Of a stretch of 64,000 nucleotides of DNA, positions 52,194-64,000 are shown piece after piece (positions within the stretch are counted from its first letter, which is position 1; each line of letters starts with the position of its first letter). This stretch comes from Eutreptiella sp. 'Long Island Sound 2002' (taxonomy: Eukaryota > Protista > Euglenida), in NCBI GenBank assembly GCA_964036045.1, contig OZ038378.1:125922001-125986000 (forward strand), in the 5' to 3' direction. A model generated the notes under the pieces. That model did not search any database. It was not told the origin of the DNA and saw nothing but the letters and a program-made list of their open reading frames with translations. Made by a program: the position numbers and the translations under genes.

Positions 52194-52415
52194 TCATGGT
52201 GCCAACGTCAGGAGGAGGTGCACCGTCACAAACTCCGCCAAGTTGACTTTCATTGTATAGCCCAGTTGGGTCATGAGGCCCGAGGGCTCCGGGTAGTGTG
52301 GGAAGTGCATCGTGAGCAACGACACCATTTCCAAACGTGTCAGGCTGCGGTCCCTGTTCTTGTCCTCGAGGTAGAACATTTTGGCCAACTCCTCCAAAGC
52401 AGAGGAAACAAATTG
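52194..52415 (-). CDS. Probable exon of an EF-hand calcium-binding protein (may be a pseudogene)
   Basis: EELAKMFYLE-DKNRDRSLTRLE-MVSLL is a helix / 12-residue loop (52329-52364) / helix, followed by a degenerate second hand (KVNLAEFV). Preceded by a polypyrimidine tract and AG acceptor (ctctcgtctctctttagag). Confidence 0.5.
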   Translation of the reverse strand, partial: QFVSSALEELAKMFYLEDKNRDRSLTRLEMVSLLTMHFPHYPEPSGLMTQLGYTMKVNLAEFVTVHLLLTLAP

Positions 52416-54269
52416 CTCTAAAGAGAGACGAGAGCCGGCGGGGGAGGGAGGGGGGGCAACCAAAAATGTGATGGGTTTGCTGTTGCTGGTTGACACTTGG
52501 TTGTGTTTTATGCAGGCATAATTCTGGGCTGTGGATGGCAAATGCTTGGTCATGGCGTCGGGGGGGCGGGGGGAGGAGTTGCGGGTCTTGGTCACTACGC
52601 CAAAGGAGCTGCACTGTTTGCGGGGCCGTCTCCTGTATTCTTTACCTCAGAGATGCGGCTGGCTGGAGGCTGTGGTGTTAAAGGATGCACCGGAGGCAGC
52701 CCAGTGTTGACCGCCCCCCACTCACCCCGCAGGCATGCACCCCGGAGGGTGAATCGGGGCGTCTGTGGCTCTGGACCGTGGCCAGACAGGATACAGAGTC
52801 CCTAAGCCGCGGATCCCATGCTTGCTTGACTTCGAGGGAAGAGCTGGCATACCATACAGGTATGCCCATAGCGCCTCCATGGTGTCATTGCACTATGTTG
52901 ATGTGGTACATGGAGTGGCTTGGTCAAGTGGTCTGATTGCATGATTGCATGATTGCATGACTAGCCTGAAGGTTGCCCGGAGGTAGGTTGGAGGTTCGCT
53001 GCTGACTGCTGGAGGTCGCCTGGTGGTTGTCTGACACTCACATTGATGGTGGGTGTGGGGCGGAGTGGTCGTTTTGCAGATGATAGTGGAATGTTTGTCC
53101 CACTACTCACGATTACATCCTGCCCCCATGGCCTGCCAACACTGGCTGACTTCCCATTCACATTCACATTCAGTCACTCCCAGACTGTGTGGCAGGGCTG
53201 AGACCCAAAAATGTTTTCTCATGTAAAACTGCATTTTTGCCTTGAAGATTTTCTGTCAGACGGGGGGGGGTCCTTAAAAATGCCTCATTCTAAAGCCCTA
53301 CCGCTCACATCGCTATCATACCTCCCTACATCTCCTGCACCTCCGCCCCCTTCATCTCCCCCACGCCCTTTTGCATCTCCTGCCTCTCAAACACCCACGT
53401 TTCGAAGCCCCCTCATGACCCTGATTCAGCACCTGACCTTGTCCCCTCACCCGTTCCCTCTCCTTTGCCTCTCCTGTAAGGGCACACTGCGGTTGCACAT
53501 TGTACTCTGGAGGTTGTCGATGAGGATGCTGCGCGCTTCCTCGGTCCCATGATTTCACTCCAGTGTTGTGCCCTGGGACCCTCCTGGGCGTTTGGTGCTC
53601 GTTACCAGCTACATGCTACTGCCTGCGTTGATACATGACGCTTCAGTCTGCTAACTGCAGCACTGCTGCAGACCGACGCTGCACACTCATTGACCCAACC
53701 CTGTGTGTTGTGAGGGGGGTTTCGTCAGTGGTGCCCCTGCGCTGCTGTCTGCCCCCGGACTTTCAAGTGCCATTATTTGTGCCTGCATCCAATGTGGATC
53801 CAGGCCCCCTAGCCCACGTTCCCTCTCGCCTAGCGATGGACAAGGTGCAACGAAAATCCTGCTGTGAGGATGGCTCGCACAAAGAGGACAGGCTGAGGGC
53901 GTGAGTCAAGCAACCTTGGCGTCCGGTGAAGAATACTGCTTGATAATCTGATTTGCGAGCTTGCCAATAGAGGAGTAGCCCCAGTAATTCGTAGAAGTTC
54001 AGCTGAAGAATGCATGAACACTGGGTCGAGCGATGCAGGAGATGGGGAACGGCATGGAGACGGCAAAGCAGAGGAGAGGAGGGGGGGAGGGGAGGGGAGG
54101 GGGGAGGACAGGAGAGGGGGAGAGAGGAAGGGGAGGGGTCGGAGGGCCTTGGACTTGGTCCTGGAGAACGGCAGACCTGTGGCCCCATGCCACTCTCGAA
54201 GTATAGGGCCTAAGGCCAGGAGGAGTGGGATGGGTGGTGTCGCTCTGGCTAAACTGTTTCTCAGGTCTC

Positions 54270-56232
54270 AGCCGTCTCTCGCCAGGACATCTGCAATGCG
54301 CCCTCACAGCGCCATGCGGGCGTTCCCAGCACCCTCAGGGCGCCACACGGGTAATGTGGGGCACCAGGTCATCTGCAGTGCACCCTCAGGCGCCTCGAGA
54401 ACACCCGCATGGCGCCGTGAGGCCGCACCACAGATGAACAAGCGCGCAGAGGGCGCCTGCATGACGCTGTGAGGGCGTCAGGCAGACCACCCGGCTCAGA
54501 GTGCCCGCATGGCGCTGTAAGGGCACAATGCAGATGACCAGGCGCCCCGGGTCATCTGCCTTGCGCTTTCTGGGCGCCAAGCGAGGGCTCTTGGGGGGCC
54601 TTGTTCATCTATGCTGAGCCCTCACGGTGCCATATGGGTGCTCTTGGGCTACTTGGTCATCTGCAATGCACCCTCACAGCGCCAAGCGGGGAATGAGGGA
54701 AAATGGAGAGTAATGCGGGCAAATGGGATTAAAAAGGTCGTAGCTAGTATATTCATGCCATCCCTCATCTACATGGTTTTATTACCGGCTTTCTTGGGCT
54801 GGCCTGCCCATTTTTTCTGCATGACTCATCAAATGCACACAAGTGGGAGGGAGCTGCAGGGTAGATGGCGGGATTACATGTGTCTAGTAATGACCCATCA
54901 CCGCTTGTGGTGCGAAGAACTGTGGTCACACTCATACATGGGCATAGTGCATACACCCCTTGGTCCGCAGTAGTCGCCGGCACACGGGGTTGCGTCCCGT
55001 TGGTTGTGGTACGGTATGCTGTGACCGGGCCATCCCCAACAGTACACGCGCTCTATGTGGCACAGTCACAGTGATAATGCAATATGTTTTGCCATTTTCT
55101 TGGGTTCATTTTTCCTTTCTCCCCATTTGGTAGCAAGAAGTTGAACAAGAAGTTGATTTGTCATGTGGAGCGGGTGGTGTTGGTCCCGGTAGGCACCCCG
55201 AAAGCGGTTGTATGGCACGGTGAGAGCGCACCATAGGTGAACATGCGCCCTAACAACGCCCGCATGGCACCGTGAGAAAGCGCCGCGGATAACTTGGCAC
55301 CCCGGGAGCGCTTGCATGGTGCCTTGAAGGCACATCGCAGATGACCAAGCGCCCTAGGCGCGCCCACATGGCGCCCTGAGGGTGCAGGGCGAATGATTCG
55401 GTGCCACGAGAGTGCCCATATGGTGGAATGAGGCTGCACCGCAAACAAAGAAGCGCCACAAGTGCACCCGCATTGCGCCGTGAGGCCACACTACAAATGC
55501 CCAAGCACCTTGATGAGAGCACCCGCATGGCACCCAGAGAGCGAGCCGCAGATGATTTGGCGCCCCCAAAACGCCCAACCATGAGGGTGACCGCAGATGA
55601 ACAAGGGCCCTCAGCCCACATGGCCCCCTAAAGGCGTGAGGTAGATGACCGGGCGCCTAAAAAAAACACCCCCATTTCCCCCTATTTCGGCCCATTTTTC
55701 CTCAAACACTTTGCTTAGTTCACCCCCCCCCCCCCCGTGGGGAACAAGCAGTAGGTCTTTTGTGCTGCTCATGCACAATTGCCCCCATTTTCCCACATTC
55801 TTTTTCTTGAACACATCCCCATTTCCCCCCATTTTTCCTAAATTTGCCTACTTGGCCAACACTCTTCCCGCTAGCGAAAAATCAGTGGTCCTCCTCTTAG
55901 TCATCTACAATGCGCCTGACGGCGCCCAATGGGCGCTCTTGGGGTGTCCAATGTTCTGCAACACACCATGTGCATAGGCTTTCTCAGGGTGCCAAATCAT
56001 CTACAATGTGCCCTGAGGGTGCCATGTGGCCGTTCCTAGGGCGCCAAGTCATCGGTCATACGCCTTCAAGGCCTTCAAGGCACCATGCGGGGGCTCTTGG
56101 GGTGCTTGTTCATCTACAATGCACCCACATGGCGCCATACAGGTGCTCTCGAGGTGCAATCATTTGCGTGCACCATCAACCACAGATGACCTAGTGCCCC
56201 GAGAGCGCCTGCATGGTGCCCTGAGGGCAGCA
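54270..56232. repeat. Degenerate ~52-bp repeat family in alternating orientations (foldback-like)
   Basis: The unit ~gagcacccgcatggcgccgtgagggcgca..gcagatgaccaggcgccc occurs on both strands; perfect 10-bp stem gcagatgacc/ggtcatctgc at 54530-54559. Confidence 0.8.
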
Positions 56233-56249
56233 TGCCGCACGTGAATTGG

Positions 56250-58410
56250 TATCCCTTCACCATTTCGCTGAGAGGGTTGAAGGGAAAGCAAAACAGCTCT
56301 CCTCATGGCGTCCATCAACCCATACATCCAATCTACTCCCAAGCGCGAAACTCCAAAAACCACTTAATGGCAGTGGTCCGGCTTCCATCCCACCGTGGGG
56401 CGACGGACATTCCTTGGACATCCCCCAAAGTTTGCGGGTCCATCACCGGGGTTGCCAGCCTCCCGAGGACCCCGGGAGGCATTAACCGCGGATCCATTCT
56501 TTCAAGTTGGGGCTCTTCGCAATCGAACGGGGCGTCCAAAAATTGCTCTGGGCAAGCTTCATCCAACGCCATCGTACGGAGGATTCCTGACAATTTTTAT
56601 TTCGGAAGCCCATTTCCATCTTTAGAAATTTGTGTTGCATGCACGGCATAAACTAGCCGTCCGCCTCAAAGTAACGGATATCTAACCCCGCATAATGCCT
56701 CCAATCTCCTTCCATGCCACGTGGAGTGTGCCCATCATGAGTGCGGATCCCACTCCTCCCATTTCTTGGGGCTCTACTCCGGAAACCTCTTTCATCCGAC
56801 CGTATGGATGATAAGTCATCATCGGCCGGGAGGAATCCAAACCCCGGTAGGCTTCCCAGTACGCCGTCTTCCCGCGCTCGCGCAGGCGCATACATGGATG
56901 GCCAATGGGCGCCAATCCGGTCCTTCGGTGGGTTCCACTCCAAAAACCTGAACTCTAGGTTCCGGTTTTGATGTAACAATTGGATTCCCCCGTGGCGGTA
57001 ATGCTGTCAGCGCCCGCATTGGCACCGATTCCACACCTCAGGTATGTTTCAACAATTGATATTTATTCTCCAAAGACTCCAATTATCTTTGCAATTCGCC
57101 AATGACATGAGAATCCGGCCGCATCATTTCGGGTGCACCGCCATGGGGTCGAGTCCGGATTTCCTCCCTGAGCGCATGTAATCCATGCACACTTTGTTCC
57201 AATAAGGTAATGAGCCATTGCACTTGTAACTCCGGGCCTCAACCTTGGCCAATTCTTGCTTCGACATAGATTCCCAATGGTGCATTCCGCCTGTGAGCGT
57301 AGCCACCTTTGCACTAGTGCTCTTCGGCTTATTTGTTATGCGTATCACCTCCGTTGCGGGCACCTTTGCCTCTCCAACTTCCCCGGTGTATAATGACAGG
57401 ACAATGGGGTGCTCCAAGTTGTGAAGGCGATTGACATGCTGGGTAATAGATGCCTCGTGGCTTCTCGCCGGTGCTTCCACACCATGCACCCTTTTTTCGG
57501 CACTATCAAAGTTGTGGCCTCTATGACGGATGTCATCGGCCATGTTGGTGGTGACCAAGTCACAATTCAACACCCTGCTTTTCAAAGTCTTCAATTCCTC
57601 AATCGATTTGTCTAATCAAGCCCGATGTGAACTCAACCTAGTGAATTCATTGGACACTCCTTCGGCTTGCAGTTTCAACTCATTGGTGGCTTGCTCCCGC
57701 CTTTGACGGGAATCGTCCACCTTCGCCTTAAAGGATTCAGCCACTTGGTCGCATTCCAAAGCGGCCGCAGTCGCTTGTTCTAAAGTCCATTGCATGTCCG
57801 ATCTCTTCTGGTCCAACTGGGACTTTTGGACCTATACCTCGTTGTTTACCTCATTCAACAATTGTCCCAAACTCTCTACTCGCGCCGTCAAAGCTGACCC
57901 ATATACTTATACTCCCCGGACATGAAGTTCAAGCTCATGAGAAAGGGCTTGGATGACCTGGTGAATTTCTGAAATAGCTAAAACTGCCTGGAAATTAGAG
58001 GTCTGGAGATAGTTAAGCGCACCAGTAAGCTGCTCAACCTGAGCCGGCTGGGTTGCTAAATCATGAGTCTGCGGTGTCCACTCATCAATCAAAATCCTTT
58101 TGGCTGCCTCTCCGAATTGAGTTATTAAGCGAACCTTTTCAACCATCCGGTATCCCTAGGGTGCTAACGGGCCTGGTTCCATGTTGGTGTCTTGCCCGGT
58201 CGGGTAGGGCTGCTAGCCCTGCCTAAGTCCAACTAACAATCCTAAAGGAGGCCCAACGGTTGACTCATGCCCTGTCGCATACTCGGATCCTGATTCCTCT
58301 GAACGAGCTGTGCTCATTCCGATCATGGCCGTAACCTCTCCTAGCGTCATTCCACTGCCCGTGTCAGAGCGGTAGGCTAATCCCCCCTCTGGGTAAGCCC
58401 CTGATAACAT
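56250..58410 (-). mobile_element. Decayed gag/ORF1-like region of an LTR- or YR-type retrotransposon
   Basis: Chain of minus-strand ORFs with coiled-coil character ending in PRWDGSRTTAIKWFLEF..W / LMDAMRRAVLLSL (like the gag PxFDG..W motif). No pol domains seen. Confidence 0.5.
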
Positions 58411-60249
58411 TTTCGCTCTCTATGTAACTTGATCCCGGATGCTCCATTGCATATGTTTCTTGATACATTTTCCCCTAAAGCAGAGTCCGGCCCAATCCCG
58501 CTCAAGTTACCTCACAGCACGACAGTGACACAAGAAGAGCGGCAAATTTGATGGAAGAGGTTCCAACAAATGGCCCAACGACCAAATGATCCAATAGTCC
58601 AATACAAGAGGGTCCCACAATGTTCCACAAATACTCCAACAACGATCCGGCCTTAGCATAAGAAAAGCACAACATAAGTATTTGGTTGCAAACCCAAATA
58701 CCAAAGAGTTGGAGAGAGGTGCATAATCATATACGATGGATCAACCCCTCTTTTCCCAAGACGTGGATCTCCATGTCAATGGTGTATTGCGCATTTGGTA
58801 ATTAGGATAAGATTAGTTTGTGGATCCTAATAGCGAACCGGGTCATCGTTTGGTGCCTTTGTTGGTGCAGTCACATGCCCCTTGTGACCATGTATGTGCA
58901 TGCGCACTTCCTTCCCTCATGTTGGTGTTCTCAACAAGTTTGGAGACTCAAGTGTGACTCATGTGTTCTTTGGGGATGGCCCGATAGCGGTGTCACTCCG
59001 CTGCTCCGCCCAGCGGTAAGACCATCCATTTCCCAGGGTAGAAAAAGTGTGAATTTTGGTTTACAGTTTTGCATGGATGACTTTGAGTCCATAGAATGAT
59101 GCCCGTGGCCATGAACTCATTGGCATGTGGTCCCACCGGAAGAGTAGGTTGCGTGTTACTCACGCTTGTAAGAGCTTTTGTTGTTGCTTTTGTTCCTGGA
59201 CTAGTCGTATGTGAATCCAATGGGATGACGTGGCATTGGGTTGAGAATGGAAGGGAGGAATATTCTCTTGGCATGTGTTGCATAGTGCAAGTTCATATGC
59301 CCATGTGTGTGAATTCTTAATTCTTCGGTGATGCTTTGCTTGTGAGCACACAAGAGGCCAATGGGCTCCCAGGCTGCCGATGGAACCTAACCCCGACCGG
59401 AAGAGAGCACAAGCATGGGGAGATGATCCCACTCCAAAGAGAGCATATGCATGGAGAGTTGGTCTCATCTCAAGGAGAGTGCATGCATGAATTGGAAGTG
59501 GCAATGCTCAATTGCGCCTCCAGGGGAGGCGCTGAGGGCGCGTCCGCCATTGGGTCAGAGGAGCCCTCCCCGGCTGCGTCGGCCGCTGCGTGTGGGTGGG
59601 GGGTGGGGGGGGGGCGCGGAGCATGTCCACCACTGACCTGGTGGCCTTTGGCTGAGCACCACCACAGGTGCCACGGGGGCACTGTCTGCACCGCAGGACC
59701 CCCCCCCCCGCCACCCCCCACAGCAGAGCGGCCCGGCTCATCGCCGGTCGGTGGAGCCGCCGGCGTCGCTCCCTGAATTTTTACGCCGCATTTCCGCGGC
59801 CCTGAGCAGACGCGTGTTGCCGCAGCGACGGTCCCCCCGCAGGGTCGGCGGCAGCGGAGGCGGGCACGGGGACCGGGCTTGGGCCGTCGCCCCTCCCCGT
59901 AGGCGGGGGGGAGAAAGGATCGGCAACCCTTGCGCCCGGTAGCTGTGGTCCAACCCGTGCCGGGCTCCCCTGGTTAGCCAGCAAGAGGTGAGGCACCTAG
60001 CGCTTCACAGTCCTGGCGTCGTTGGGCCCCATTGTCGAGGAGGGGCGAGTATCTAGCATCTTGGGTGGAGCCGTGCATCGGCGTGTCGCCGGAGGGCTCG
60101 AGCTGGGGAGGGCCTGGGAAGCCGGACGGGCCCGCCCGGCGCCACAAGGGCGAAAGGCACAGGATAAGGCGTGCTGCCACGACTTGTATGGTGCAGTGAC
60201 AGCGAACATTAGATGAAAAGGCACCCAAATAGCTTCCGTAGTCTATAGT

Positions 60250-63200
60250 CCGGGCCCTTTTTCCACCTGCCTTGCACCTTCGGGGCTCCATGGTGGCACT
60301 CTTAGGGCTTCGACGGCGACACTTGCATGCACTTCAAATGAACACTCGCCTGGAGAGTGGCTACATGACACCCTAAAAGCATATTGTAGAAGACGTTTGG
60401 CCGTGAGAGCACCTGTATGGTGCAATGGGGCACACCGTACATGACGTAGTGGCGTGAAAGCGCCCCCAGGGCACCGTGAGAGCATGATGCAGAAGCCTAG
60501 GTGACCCAAGAGCGACCGGGCGCATGGCAGATGACTAGGGCCTTATCATCTGTGGTAACCGTCACGGCACCATGCATGCATACTCATGGCGCCCAAATAT
60601 CGGCCTTGCGCCTTCAAGGCGCCATGCAAGAGGTCTTGCGGCGCTTGGACATCTATGGTTTGCCCACATGGCGGCATCGGGGCGCACTCATGGCACCTGG
60701 TCATCTAACAAGCGTACTCATGGTCCCAAGGGGCGTTCGTGGGCGGGAAGCGATCTACCTTGCACCTTCACGGCGCCATACGGGTATTCTCGGGGCGGCT
60801 AGTGATTTGCTTTGCACCCTCACAACACCATACGGCCGTTCTCGGGGTACCAGGCCACTTGTGTTGTGCCCTTTGGATGCCATGCGGGCACTCTCGGGAC
60901 CCGTGTTCATCTGTGATGTGCCCTCACTGTGCCATACCAGTCCAGCGGAGGAGTGCATATGGGCAAGGCATTTTCAAGGCATTAGGTCATAAGGAATCAA
61001 AGAAGGACCACGTATAAACATGAAAGTGGCATCTTTGGAAGCAGCACTTCTAGGGGGCTCGGAAGAGTCATCCGTTGCCTCTTGAGAGAAATTCCTTTTG
61101 AAAAAATATCGTGGTAGCTAAAATCCCGGGGTCTAACAAAAGAGCCCCCTTATCAAGACCCCTCCCCCTGGCCTCTTCCAAGGGTTCAAGGCGTTGTGAT
61201 AACTCGTCCTCCTTGAGCAATATTCAAACTGACCTACATGCTTGGTCTTCTGCGGTGCACCTTCAGGGCACCATGCATGCGTGCTCGTTGCGCCCATCCA
61301 TCTACCTTGCGCCTCCAGTGCGCCATGAGGGAGCTCTTGCGGTGCTTATGGTTCGTCCTCACGGTACCATATGGGTGCACTCACGGCTGTTGGTCATCTA
61401 CCATGCGCCCTCATGGTCCCAAGGGGCATTTTTGGTCAGACGGTGATCTACCATAAGCCTTCACACCACCATATAGGTACTCTCCGGGCGCGTTGTTGGG
61501 CAAATGGCGATCTACCAGATGCCTTCATGGCGCCATACACGTACTCTCGGTGCACCTAGTGATTTGCTTTGCACCTCACATCGCCATACGGGCATTCTCG
61601 GGGCCTTACACCACCTATGGTGTGCCCTTTGGACGCCATGTGTGCGCTCTGGGGACATGTCTGCATCTATGATGCGCCGTGATAGCAAGAAAGCGGTGTT
61701 GTTGGGGAGGTCATATGGGCAGGGCATTTTCAAGCCATTAGGTCATGCGGAATCGAACAACGACCGCGAAAAAACATGAAGGTGGCATTTTTGGAGGAAG
61801 CACCCCGAGGGGGGTCAGAACAGTCATGCATTGCCTCCCTGTTGATGAAAATTACTTTTGAACGCATGTGGGAATGGCCGAAATCTAAGGCCCTAACAAA
61901 AGAGCCGGCCTTTCAAGAACCGCCCGCAACTATTCTAGGGGTCCAATGAGTTGTGATAACTCCTCCCGCCTCCTTGAGCAACATTCCAACTATCCTAGTT
62001 GCGTTGTCATCTATGGTGCACCTTCAAGGCACCAAGGATGTGTGCTTGTGGGCGGCCATTCATTTGCCTTGCGCCTCCGAGGGGCCATGCAGGAGCTCTT
62101 GCGGCGCTTATGGTTCCTCATCACGGTGCCATATGCGCGCACGCATGACACCTGGTCATCTAACGTGCTTCCTCGTGGTTCCAAGCGGCGATGTTGGGCA
62201 AATGGAGATCTACCATACGCCTGCACGGCGCCATACGGGTACTCTCGGGGCACCTAGTTATTTGCTTGTCACCCTTAGAGCGCCATGCGGGCATTCTCGG
62301 GGCACTAGGCCATCTGTGTTGTGCGAGTTGCACGCGATGCGGGCGTTGTCGGCACCTGTGTTTATGTATGGTGCGGCCTGATAGCTGCATACTGGTGTTG
62401 TCGCCGAGTTCATATGGGCAGGGCAATTTCAAGACATCAAGCGACGTGGAATGGAACAGGGACCACGAACAAACATAAAAGCGGAAATTTTGACAGCACT
62501 ATTTGAAGGGGGGGGTAAAGGAGTCATCCAATGCCTCCCCTCTGATGAAAAGGCCTTTTGAACGCACATGGAAATGGCAAAATCTAAAGACCTAACAAAA
62601 GAGCCCCCCTTTCAAGACCCGCCCCCATCTATCTCACTGGATAAGGGTGCTGTGATGACTCCTCCTTGAGCAATACTCCAGCTACACTACATGCCTGGTC
62701 ATCCGCAATGCACATTCACGGCACCATGCATGCGTGCTTGTGGCGCCCATTCACCTGCCCTGGGCCTCCAACATGCCATGCAGGAGCTCTTGCGGCGCTT
62801 ATGGTTCGCCCTCACGGTGCCATATGGGAGCACTCATGACACCTCGTCATCTAACGTGCATCCTCGTGGTTCCAAGCGGGGCTCTTGGGCGGATGGAGAT
62901 CTACCATACGCCTTCACGGCGCCATACTGGTACTCTCGGGGCGCCTAGTTATTTGCTTTTCACCCTTAGAGCGCCATGCGGGCATTCTCGGGCCATCTGT
63001 GTTGTGCCCGTTGCACGCGATGCGGGCGCTGTCAGCACCTGTGTTGATCTATGGTGCGGCCTGATAGCTGCATGCTGGTGTTGTTGTGGAGTTCATATGG
63101 GCAGGGTAATTTCAAGACATCAAGCGACGTGGAATGGAACAAGGACCACGAACAAACATGAAAGCGGAAATTTTGACAGCACTATTTGAAGGGGGGGACA

Positions 63201-64000
63201 AAAGAGTCATCCAATGGGTCCCCTTTGATGAAAAGGCCTTTTGAACGCACATGGAAATGGCAAAATCTAAAGACCTAACAAAAGAGCCCCCCTTTCAAGA
63301 CCCGCCCCCATTTATCTCAGTGGACAAGGGTGTTGTAATGCCTCCTCCTGCCTCCTTGAGCAATACTCCAACTGCCCTGCATGCCTGGTTATCTGCAGTG
63401 CACATTCACGGCACCATGCATGCGTGCTTGTGGCGCCCATTCACCTGCCTTGGGTCTCCAACATGCCATGCAGGAGCTCTTGCGGCGCTTATGGTTCGCC
63501 CCCACGGTGCCATATGGGAGCACTCATGGCACCTGGTTATCTACCGTGCGCCCTCATGGTCCCAAGGAGCGTTCTTCGACGGACTGCGATCTACCTTACA
63601 CTTTTGTGGCGCTATACGGGTACTCTCGGGGCGCCTGGTGATTTGGTTTGCAATCTCCAAACGCCATGGGGGCACTCTCGGGACACGGGGCCATCTGCTT
63701 TGTGCCCTTTGGACGCCATGCGGGCGCTCTCAGCACCTGTGTTCATCGACGATGCGCCCTCATAGCGCCATACTAGTGGTGTTGGGGAGGTAATATGGGC
63801 AAGGAATTTTCAAGACACCAAGTCACGTGCAATCGAAAAAGGACCACGGAAAAATATGAAAGTCGCATTTTTCGAAACAGCGCTTCGAGGGGCTGCAAAA
63901 GAGTCAGAGCTTGCCTCCCGTTTGATGACAATTGCTTTTGAACGCATATTGAAGTGGCCCAAATCTAAGGCCCCAACAAAAGAGTCCCCCTTTAAGACCC
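60250..64000. repeat. ~700-bp higher-order satellite made of ~52-bp subunits plus a ~250-bp distinct block; runs off the window
   Basis: The atatgggca anchor recurs at ~60956, 61712, 62411, 63094 and 63792; the subunit period is mostly 50-52 bp (63414-63768). Same subunit family as 54270-56232. Confidence 0.92.

Noticed and set aside
53196-54273. DNA transposon bounded by ggctgagacc / ggtctcagcc
   Set aside because: Only a 10-bp inverted match, with no TSD and no convincing extension.
60501-63793. Protein-coding ORFs in the terminal satellite
   Set aside because: They recur with the repeat period in shifting frames and have no domain signal.
1-64000. tRNA, rRNA or spliced-leader RNA genes
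   Set aside because: I saw no cloverleaf with a T-loop consensus or conserved rRNA/SL sequence by eye; tRNAscan-SE and Infernal would be needed to exclude them formally.

Overview
Eukaryotic, repeat-saturated, gene-poor DNA (probably a protist; the taxon cannot be determined from the sequence). I see no intact gene, rRNA, tRNA or CRISPR array. Main contents: (i) a decayed but domain-complete non-LTR retrotransposon (APE-RT-RNase H-CCHC, ~22.7-28.2 kb) plus several other LINE fragments. Two LINE copies carry inverted 5' segments whose reading frames rejoin when flipped, which is twin-priming geometry. (ii) Tandem arrays with 82-, 71-, ~40-, 52- and 20/21-bp units. The 9-kb 20/21-bp minisatellite has a 513-bp higher-order period, and two insertions break its right edge at the identical position of the monomer. 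(iii) A 708-bp TA-flanked MITE whose internal motif matches the minisatellite core. (iv) A second ~52-bp repeat family arranged in inverted blocks and as a ~700-bp higher-order satellite. (v) A gag-like relic, a stop-interrupted ORF that resembles Transib/RAG1-type transposases, several unidentified decayed ORFs, and one probable spliced EF-hand gene fragment. All alignments and motif matches were made by eye, and many boundaries are approximate.
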